The notes beneath the pieces were generated by a model, which was not told the origin of the DNA, searched no databases, and saw only the letters and a list, made by a program, of their open reading frames with translations. A stretch of DNA of 63,227 nucleotides, counting the filler, from Reticulomyxa filosa (Eukaryota > Protista > Foraminifera), in assembly GCA_000512085.1 (NCBI GenBank). It is 13 parts of 13 records of this genome, joined end to end, with 100 filler letters (N's around TTAATTAATTAA, not from the genome) between each part and the next. Parts side by side here need not be neighbours in the genome. Positions count along the whole stretch, not along the records: positions 47,338 to 56,454 come from ASPP01009433.1; positions 56,555 to 60,429 come from ASPP01027302.1; positions 60,530 to 62,011 come from ASPP01025677.1; positions 62,112 to 63,227 come from ASPP01010374.1; 9 more parts are not named here. One strand, given 5' to 3'. Shown here in pieces: positions 52,387-63,227 of the stretch (positions within the stretch are counted from its first letter, which is position 1; every line of letters begins with the position of its first letter). A program made the position numbers and the translations under genes.

Positions 52387-53764
52387 GAATATCTTTTTTA
52401 TAAAAGCGAAAGATAACAAAGAGAGCAATGTGAATCCAGCCATAGCCATTGATGGTAGAAGATGTGCTATGGCAAATATTGAAATGCTGCGTCCAAAGTT
52501 TGACAGCAAACAAATAATTGCGAACAAGAGTTGAACAAACAGAAGAAGAAGAAGAAGAAGAAGAAGAGTCATCATTGACACAGCCATATCGCATCCATTG
52601 TCGCAGCTGTTCCGTTTGCGAGCGCAACTTGCGACAATCCAAGCCCACAGTGGCATCCATTGATACTGCAAATTGCCACACAACTGGTTGCTGCTGCTGC
52701 TGCAGCTGCTGTTTGACACATCTCAATTGGATATCAAACGCCAACACCGCCTTTGGCACAGCCGCCTCACTCACCACATTGCGATATCCAAATTGAATCC
52801 TCATCACATGCGTGGCATCATTGTCTTTGTCCTTGTTTTTATTGCGGACACATTTCCAATTAACACTTTTGGCATTTGCATCTTTCACACTTGCATCTTT
52901 CACATTTGCATCTTTCACATTTGCATTTGCATCTTTGTCTTTATGTTTGACCTCCTCCATTTTCAAAAGCTGCTCAAACGGCTTCATTTGTCGCGATTTG
53001 TCAACCAGACGCTGCAGCAACGCGACGCACGTATCCTTATCAAGACGTATCCCTTGCGTGGCATCTCTGATCACGATAGTGACGTCCAGGTCACTGTGAT
53101 GTGTGTCCAATCCATACGTGGACGACCCAAACACATGACAAGTCAGACCATTGCCATTGTTATTATTATTATTATTATTACCATTGTCATCGTTGATCAA
53201 TTCGAGCAATGCTTCAAAGTAGCGACAGCACTGTGCACGTGCGAGCTTCTCCAACTTGCTGCTCTTGAACTCGCTGCATGCTTGTTCGATACTCGCATTC
53301 AAAATCTCGTACACTTTCGTATACCATTGAGCTTTGTTTAGACATATTTCATTCATTAACTCTCTTGCATCCATTTTTGCTGTTATTTCTTCTGTTGTTG
53401 TTGTTGTTTCTTTTCTGCTTTGCTCTTGTGTCAATAACTCCTCTGTCTTCTTACACAGGAAATTATCTGTGCAAATCCCCGAGTTTTTGAACAGGTTGTC
53501 GATACGCTTCTCTCGATCCCATAAGGTCTTGTTTCCATATCGGAAACGCAAAATTCGGTGAAATGGTATGTCGCCTCCATTTTCTATTGGCACAAACTCG
53601 TCAAACTCCATCTCTCGGATTTTCTGGTGTCTACCCTCATATACTATAAACACGTTCTTCGTGCTCAATGGCAAGTCCTTGTCCCATTTCAAACGATTAA
53701 ACACATCCACGCTTGTGCGCAGCTTGCTTTTAGGACCTTTGTTACCTACTGTTATTTGCGACAT
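50765..53764 (-). CDS. MJ1316 domain + non-canonical poly(A)/(U) polymerase-type nucleotidyltransferase + nocturnin/CCR4-type EEP phosphoesterase fusion
   Basis: MJ1316: LRTSVDVFNRLKWD..IVYEGR..DIPFHRI..WDR. NTase: VFGSSTYGL...SDLDV and SMD; VKLW..INGYGW; YVINPF..NLA. EEP: TFNCLA, ICLQEVD, DGCAIFW, THLKAG, CGDFNS, LDYLF, YPSDH. First ATG at 53764. Confidence 0.9.
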
Positions 53765-56700
53765 TGTTGTTTTTTCCCAAACAAAAATGTGCAAAAATTT
53801 TGAAAAAGACGGTTAAGTTATGAGCTTTTTTTTTGTTAACTCCCCCCCCCCGCCTTGTCCCGTTTTCTTCTCCCTGAATTTTCATATACTTTTTGTATAA
53901 ATCAAAAGAAATTGTGTAGATTTTCAATTTTTTTTAAAAAAAGAGTCACAGTCTAAAAGTGTTACATCTTGAGCATGAGTGTATAAAAAAAACACGCTAC
54001 TCCATAAATATACAATGATAAGGTTCCGGAAGTGCAACAATTGATGATTTTTTTTTTTTGAAATAGTTTTTAAAGATTTTTTTATCGGAAAAATTTTACA
54101 AGTAGAAGGGAAAAAAAGGTTCGCACAGTATTCAAAAATCCAAGCAAATTATGAAAATCAAAGAGTTTTGAAACGTGATCCCCAGTTTGATTTACGCGTT
54201 CAGTTTCGACACTGTTGTATCAATCAAAATTTTCTAGCGTGTTCAAGCTGAATTTGTTTTTATTAATTTTTACAACGCACGTACTGATGAAACTCGCTCT
54301 GTCAACAAAATTTCTGTGTGCTGTGAAAAACATTATTCTTTTTTGAAATAGAGCAACTGGGATGAAGTTTACTTCCGATCACTCAGCCTACCTAATTCTG
54401 ATAAGAAACGAATATCCCACGCGTTTGATTTGTTTTATATTCAAATATTTTGCTAATATTTTCACAAAGGTGAAATAACATATAATTTAGATTTTTTAAT
54501 TTGTTTCATCTCCATAACGCAACGTCTTTCTTGTTGCTAAAAGTAAGAACAAAAAAAAACTAAAAATTCAAAAAAGCCCCTTGTCATAATTTTCTCCATC
54601 AAGACATGAATACAACCAAATCCAAAAAAAAAATATTTGGAGAGGATAAACTGTCCTCAAAGTATAAAATCATAACAACAGAGAACCAGTATTGGAAAGC
54701 ATACTTGATACAATCAGCGAACAAGCTTTACGCAAGTATTGTTTGTGATATTGTACAAAGGCAGGCCGATTTACGCTCGTGGGAAAAGAGTTGCGAACGA
54801 GGAGAAACACAAACGGGGACTAATCGAAGCGTACAGTGACAATTCTAGCAAAAATCATCAGAATTTGATGGTAGTACTGTGCCGCTGGCACTTACAGCAG
54901 AGTGCTTGGGGTCTTCTCCCCTACTCGAAACTAATAGTCTGTTCGAATAAGTGGCCGAATGTATCACAACACGGCGATGCGCAGTAAAACGTTGTCCAAA
55001 CTGCAAGGCTGTGTTGACATGATTTTGCATTCTCAAAGCATGCATTTAATCCTCTGTCTAAAGACAGCACCGCATACAAAAAACTGGCTCGCGATCAATC
55101 CAGCATGCCAGCCTACACGTTGATAAATTTCACGGTTCTAAAAGAAAAAATTTGATTTACTAAAAAAAATAGATATCGGATACGAAGCATTTATTACATT
55201 ATAGCAAAATTTCCATAGTGCTTTGGTCTCACCAAATATTTCGAACAAAATTTTTTCATTTCTGTTTGATGAGGTTTTTTGAAATGAGGATTGCTTTGTC
55301 TTTTTTTCAAAAATTAATGAAAAAGTAATGATAAATTAATTATGTTGAAAAATATTTTTTAATTTAAAAAATAAATTTTGTTGTTTTGGTTGTGTTACTG
55401 CGATGTTCGATTCTCCAAGGACCACAATGTAGACTAAGCTTCTTTGTAATATTTGCACAATATTTTGTTTTAATCTTTCATTTCTAGTGCAAAACCTAAC
55501 TTCTGCAATAAATTTTATAATCCAGTATGTAAAACGGCAAAATAGATTAAAAAAAATCTTTGTAGTAACGATGTGACTACGATGAAAATACAAATATAAT
55601 AAAACATAAACAGACATAAAATTCATAGACACAACTGTGCCGCCGGAAAAAGTGAATTCTATTTTTTCAATTCTAGTGCATGTCAAAAATAAAATAATAC
55701 ATTTGCTACTATCTAATCTTATTTACCGAAACAGCTCGATAAACAATATCACACTATTCACTATCTTCATAATACTAATAAACTTAACGTTTTTCACAAA
55801 AAAACATAAAAATCTAACAAATATTTAAACTGTTGATTGCAGCAATAAATTAAAGTCATCATGCTACTTCATAATTAAAAAAAAATTTGTAAGGCATAGA
55901 AACATAGGTTAAAACTCCACCGTTTGACAAAAGACCGATAAACATATTTTCTGCAGAAAAATACAAAGAAAATTTTGAATAAAGATTTCGTTTGAGTTTG
56001 CGAAAGTTTTAGTGGACGCAAGAATGTATGAAGAGGTAATGATTGTACAAAGATTTAAAGATATACAAACGTTCGTCAGTCAAAATCTTTGGCTAAATTC
56101 AAAAGAAATTTTCCAAAATATGATTTGGATCAAATTGTTATGACATTTGTTATGATAAATGGGACGAAATTAAAAAACTTGGTATTGTAATTGATGATGA
56201 AGTGAAATTAAATGAATTTATGATAATGTTAATGATGAAAACAAAATGATAGTGATTGTGCAAGCGATAAATCGCAAACTGGGAACTCACAAAGAATTTC
56301 AACTTGTTTAAAAAGTCCATTCAAAGATTAAATAAAAAACGGAAATTATGAGAAGTAAAAGAAAAAACATTGGTAGTATCAACATTAAATACAATACATT
56401 AAGACAAAAGAGCAAGAGGAATAAGTACAGTATGTTGCAAAGAAAACTGAACGCNNNNNNNNNNNNNNNNNNNNNNNNNNNNNNNNNNNNNNNNNNNNTT
56501 AATTAATTAANNNNNNNNNNNNNNNNNNNNNNNNNNNNNNNNNNNNNNNNNNNNCATAAAGTCTCAGTATAATACATTTGTCAAAGAAGTAAAAGAATTA
56601 AAAGTTTATGTCCATAGTTCTGTTTTTGAAAATGTAACACAATATTTTCAAAAAAAAATAGGAAATACAATTATAATCTAAATTCAAGTTTTTGTTTAAT

Positions 56701-57810
56701 AAAAAACACGCGAAAAAACATTATTACTATCATTTGAAAAAACTGGACGTGTGAGGTTATTATCTTTAGTTAAAGGCATTCCAATCCCTTGACTCTGGGC
56801 ACGAACAATGTTGGATGATTCTTGAAGTTGTTCCATTTGTGCAATGAAATTTTTTGTTAAGATTGATTCTTATAATACTTCTTTGTAAAAACTCTTTTTT
56901 GAGCTGGAGTAACACCTTGAACTTTTTTGTTAGTACAATAAGTTTCCAACTTAACTCAATCAATTTTTATTTTTTATGATTATTTCATAAGTGTAACAAA
57001 GTTTTTTTTTAAATTACATTTTTTTCACTTAAAAAAAAAAAAAAACAGAAATTTGCTTCTAGAGCAAATCTGGAGAGACAATCTAATTCTCACAATGGAG
57101 ACAATTTAAAAAATATACCGGGTAATTTATTTTGTTGTGTGTTCCCATTTCTCTTCATTCATAACAACATTTTTTTATACACTTGCGTTTTGAAAAAAAA
57201 CAACGGTGAGCAGCCCAAAAAAAGTTCAGTTTTAAATGATAATCAAAAGAATATCTCTGTGTTTTATGGAATGCAATTGGTGGGGGAGAACGGCTTGTAA
57301 TACATAAGTCTGGAAACGGGCAATATCCTTGATAACACAGATATGGAACCTTTGAGGGTGTTGGGTGATCTTGGTGCAAATAACATTTGCTTAAGTCTGT
57401 GGGCATTCAATTTTGACAGCCATATAGAGGTAGCCATTCAAGATGTCTCGTGCTGGCTTTTTTTTACTCAGGATTGGATTGCTTCGTTTGATTGCTCTTA
57501 TCATAACTCTTTGAGACAAAACGTTTAATTTTCTGTTTGTTTTTTTTTTCAAATTACCTTTGTATGCTTTGCTTATTATATTTTATATATATGTGTAAGT
57601 AAGTATGTGTATATACATAAACATAGGCCGAAATTCTAATGAAAAAGAAATCGTTAGGAATATACAAAAATGACAATTGTGGAGACATTAACTGTACAAG
57701 TTCATCAGCATGTTACTGGAATGGTGAGTAGGCAAATAAGCAACTACATATAAATACACACAAATATATATATATATAATTGAATTTTTTAAAAATAAAT
57801 AGGTACATGG

Positions 57811-58278
57811 ATGTTTGAGTTTAAGGATGTATCATCGGCAACATATTATCTGTTTGAAATCTACGAAAGCCAACAGTATGAAGCGGTGATATCGACGATG
57901 CCATGCGATTCGAGCAACTGGTTGGCGATAAGCAAGCCGATAAAGAAGACGACGGCGATGGGATTGGGACAAAATTTTGTATTGGCGACGCAAGTGCGAT
58001 GGAAGATGCAAGGGAGCACGTCATATAGCGTCGGTGTGGGACAGTTGTCCATTTGTCACAATGATCAAAGTGGCTGCAACTATCCAAGTCACACGCATTC
58101 ACCCACTAAGACCTGTCAAGCATTGACCAATTACCCGATCGTACCCACCGCACACACTCGAAGTCCATCCAAGACGCCAGCTATGCCCAAGTCCACACGT
58201 CTTCCTACACTCCAACTACTATCTACTTTCCACTGGTATTGTACATACTATTATATCCATCAAATGGGATTTTTTTAG
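57811..58278 (+). CDS. Exon of a Cys-containing, Pro/Thr-rich hypothetical protein
   Basis: 155-aa ORF with SPT/PT motifs, flanked by intron-like sequence. Further Cys-rich exons lie upstream from ~57270. Confidence 0.4.
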   Translation: MFEFKDVSSATYYLFEIYESQQYEAVISTMPCDSSNWLAISKPIKKTTAMGLGQNFVLATQVRWKMQGSTSYSVGVGQLSICHNDQSGCNYPSHTHSPTKTCQALTNYPIVPTAHTRSPSKTPAMPKSTRLPTLQLLSTFHWYCTYYYIHQMGFF

Positions 58279-58519
58279 CTCATATATATATATGCGTATA
58301 CTTTTTTTTTTTCAAAAAAAAACAAACTAAAAAAAAGGGGGGATGATAATTAAAGATGGGTCATAAATAATATTAATGGTTCATAATTCATGTTGTATAT
58401 ATATGTATATATAATTACATGTGCATATTGTTTGTATGATGTCGATCAGCGCATACCAAGTCAACAACCAAACAACCCACGAAAAAATCTTCGGAATATC
58501 CATCGTATTCGCCAAGCAA

Positions 58520-59000
58520 CGCCACGACACGATCTCCAACAAGTTTCATTATACATGTATTGTATGCGTATCTGTTGGCAAGCCTGTGTTGATCGAGGGT
58601 TCAACAGGCTGTGGCAAGTCGTCGATGATGTATTATTTGGCTACGCAATTGAATCGATGGGACCGAGCTGTTCGAATATTTTTGGACGATCAAATGGATG
58701 CTAAATTGAAGTGTGAACAATCTCAAACAAGCAAACTACGCAATATCGCGTTTTATTTTTTTTCCCTACTACCTCCCTCAAAAGTTTACGCACATTATGT
58801 GTGCAAAAACAATGTTTGTAATTAAATAGACATTATTTGGCACATACATGTGCACATTGACGCCAGTTGATTTTGTATGGCAACTGTTTCAGTTTCTGAC
58901 GACGAGGAACAGTTCGCATAGTCAAATGAGCAACGACTTGACAGTTATTGACAATTTGTGGTTGAAGATTGAGTTGATGGGAGACTTATATCACACAACT
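58520..59000 (+). pseudogene. MDN1: Midasin (Rea1/MDN1) first AAA domain fragment
   Basis: KPVLIEGSTGCGKSS (Walker A), RIFLDDQMDAK, then after an intron TLFGTYMCTLTPVDFVWQ. The Walker B region is missing. Confidence 0.65.
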
Positions 59001-60000
59001 ATTCAAAAGTATCCAAATCAATGCAATAGCAATAGTAATAATAATGATAATGATAATGATAACAACAATAATAATAACAACAATAATAATAATAACTACG
59101 TGGAACTGTGTTCACAAATTAGTATGGCTCATCAGGTAAAGTTGGAAGAGTACTTACAACACGTGGGGTCGTCTTTCTTCTTTCAGGCAATCGCTTTTGC
59201 CGTGTGGCTATGGAGGATCAGACCAAAGATTGCACTATCACAAAAGAATTTAAATGTATCGTCATTGTCTTCAAAGAAGATATGGAGAATTCAATTACGC
59301 CATTTATTACAGTACTGGTTCAATCTTTTTTTTTTGAAGTTGAATGACAGTCAATTTTCAATACTTTTTTTGCGTATTTTGATGAAATTTCATCACTTTC
59401 AATAAAGTGATTCACTTCCTGATCACTATTGAGAGTAATGATATTTAACAAGAAGTTGTTGTCCATCTTGTCAGATTTTTTGCATATATTTTTATGAGAA
59501 TGCATTGAAAGAGTAAAATTTAAACTGATTGGTTGTCAGGTTGTTTTTTTGGGTGGATGTTTTCGATTACTAAATTTGAGAACCTACAATAGTTTTGTTT
59601 TTTTTTTGTCGCTACTCAACTCTTTAAATCAGTCTCTGCGCTGGTCTCCTCCTCCCCTACTAAACGCGTGTCACAGTCTTTCATGTCATTAGAAGCGCTA
59701 TTATTCACCAATGATGTTTTGTCCATCATCACTGATTTGTCTGTGTAACTTTTTTTTCCCTCACACGCAAAAAATAAAATAAAATGAATTTGAGCATTAG
59801 TATCTTTTTCTTTTTTTTCCAAATCACCAATATCACAAGATTTTTAAAAATTGTATTTGCATTGATGCTGGCTACACTTAAAAACTAAAATTGAACAATT
59901 AACACTAATCAGTTTAGAAATAACTATATATTTTATTGTAATTCTTCTTTTAATTGAGAAGCAATATGATTTGGCGTTTCCTTGGACACAAAAAATTGTC

Positions 60001-60429
60001 ATGTCAAAATCATCAAGCACATCAGACATTTTATATCAAAGCCCCCAAGGAGGAATGAAAGGTGTTGTCTTCAGAGATATTGTCTTTTCTTCTTATGCTC
60101 CTGATGGAGGTTTATATGTTCCAGAGAAAGTTACGTGGACCTGGAGTTGTGAGTAATCCAAGAAACGACAGAAAGAACAGATGTTAACAAATAAAACATA
60201 GATTCCAGTTGTGACACGTGAAATCTTGCAACAATGGAGTGTATTAAGTTTTCCAAAATTGTGTGCAAAAATTCTGTCTTTATTTGTGGACGAGATATGT
60301 TCGTCAGCATTTGAGCACTTTCACCATTCCGAAAATCGTCCCAGTGAAGAAAGTGGGTCCATTATTTGTGGCGGAGGCATTTCATGGGCCGACATTGGCT
60401 TTTAAAGATATCGGCTTAAGTGTATGTCC
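60001..60429 (+). CDS. Threonine synthase / THNSL2-like PLP enzyme, 5' part, one frameshift
   Basis: YAPDGGLYVP and EAFHGPTLAFKD (PLP lysine). Intron ~60130-60202. Confidence 0.9.
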
Positions 60430-60582
60430 NNNNNNNNNNNNNNNNNNNNNNNNNNNNNNNNNNNNNNNNNNNNTTAATTAATTAANNNNNNNNNNNNNNN
60501 NNNNNNNNNNNNNNNNNNNNNNNNNNNNNTTATTGTGTTTACTACCAACTTTACTGTAAGACTCTTTTACTCTTGAAAAAAC

Positions 60583-62011
<1,429 letters not shown>

Positions 62012-62111
62012 NNNNNNNNNNNNNNNNNNNNNNNNNNNNNNNNNNNNNNNNNNNNTTAATTAATTAANNNNNNNNNNNNNNNNNNNNNNNNNNNNNNNNN
62101 NNNNNNNNNNN

Positions 62112-62630
62112 TTGTTGTTGTTGTTGTTGCTGCTGCTTTCCAACCGCAATGGCTTTATCGACTAATGCATAAAGTGGACATATACTCGAGTCTACCAATG
62201 GCAGCACGTGCTGCTTGATTTGGTGGATACCTTCGTGACACAACAACACACACTCCTTAGCGATCTTTGAACGATAGCTTGTCGCCTCTTGTATTTTGTA
62301 GTCATTTTCGTTCTCATTTTCGTCTTCATTCGTGTCGTTATTATTATCATTATTATTATTATTATTATTATTATCGTTATTGTTATCGTCACCGACGTTC
62401 AACCTCAACCCTCCCATCCAATTCATTCGCTCTTCTGTGTTCGACCTTTGCGTGCTTGTTCTTCTTCCCATTGCTGCTTGAGTCCATTTCTCTATTTTTC
62501 TCGTCACGATCTCGTATGCTTTTTTCAACTGCATTATCTCTTGCTGATAACTCGTCACAAATAAATTGCGCTCCAATTCCGTCAACGCTGTCGTCTTCCG
62601 ATTCACCAACTCTTTCATGTATCCTCGCAT
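62112..62630 (-). CDS. Divergent 14-3-3-like protein, truncated
   Basis: DMRGYMKEL...LTELERNLF..Y and YRSKIAKECVLLCHEG...QHVLP match 14-3-3 helices 2-4, with an Asn-rich insert. Confidence 0.65.
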
Positions 62631-63227
62631 GTCTTTTTACATTTTGTCACACAACATCACAAATCCTCTTCGTTCATCCTTTCTCTTCTTTTCTTCACTC
62701 ACGTCCCTCCTGCTAGTGCAAAAAAAAAAGTAATAACACCTTTATACTGATGACATTTTTGCGCAAGCATTGCTTGAAATATATAATGTGCCAATGTTTG
62801 TTTGATTGGAACATTTTTTGCCATTTTTTCAATTTTTTTTCTAAAAAAAAAAGGGATTTGAACAACCCAGTGTTTCCATCGTTTGTTCTTTTTGCTTTGT
62901 TCAAATCTGCATAAATTATTCACCTTTTTTTTAATCCACTAAAATCATCATGTTTACATTTTGTTTTAAGTTTATACTTATAACACTACAGCGTGTTGCA
63001 GCCTAAAGGATTTTCTCAACTTCAAATATCACTTTTTACAAAGAGAGCTTGTGATCAGAGAGACTGACCTTTCCTCTCTTTTTTTGCTCCCTTTTTGCCT
63101 GAAGCAAAAAGAGTGCCTTACTTCAAAAACAAGGTGTGCAAAGAAAATTATTTATTATTGCACTTCAATTATTAAAAAACTTTATTTTGGAAGACAGCAA
63201 ATTAATATGTTACTAGAAAAGTGATTT

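Noticed and set aside
54606-55150. Possible zinc-finger gene (KRCPNCK)
   Set aside because: Motifs are scattered over frames and I could not build a coherent gene model.

Overview
This is not one locus. It is 13 short contigs joined by artificial 100-bp linkers (N44-TTAATTAATTAA-N44), so synteny only holds within a contig. Twelve contigs are AT-rich eukaryotic DNA with short GT-AG introns, poly-Asn/Gln tracts and many broken WD40 and Kelch paralogs. This style strongly resembles the foraminiferan Reticulomyxa filosa (my inference, not a database result). One contig (9875-10921) is GC-rich betaproteobacterial-type DNA encoding a deoxynucleoside kinase and panB. Recognisable eukaryotic genes are an RGS protein, a TBC RabGAP, a CFAP69-like protein, a coiled-coil/GATase1 fusion, a GIGYF-like GYF protein, an annexin, a cNMP-RING protein, a threonine synthase, alpha-tubulin, a divergent 14-3-3, and midasin and HUWE1-like fragments. 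Best candidate for a new system: an intronless ~1000-aa ORF (50765-53764, minus) fusing an MJ1316 domain, a Cid1/Trf4-type nucleotidyltransferase and a nocturnin/CCR4-type EEP phosphoesterase, a possible single-chain RNA end-recognise, heal and tail enzyme. Also notable are a decayed PD-(D/E)xK nuclease plus kinase (Crinkler-like) gene and a helical module shared between WD40 N-termini and Kelch C-termini.
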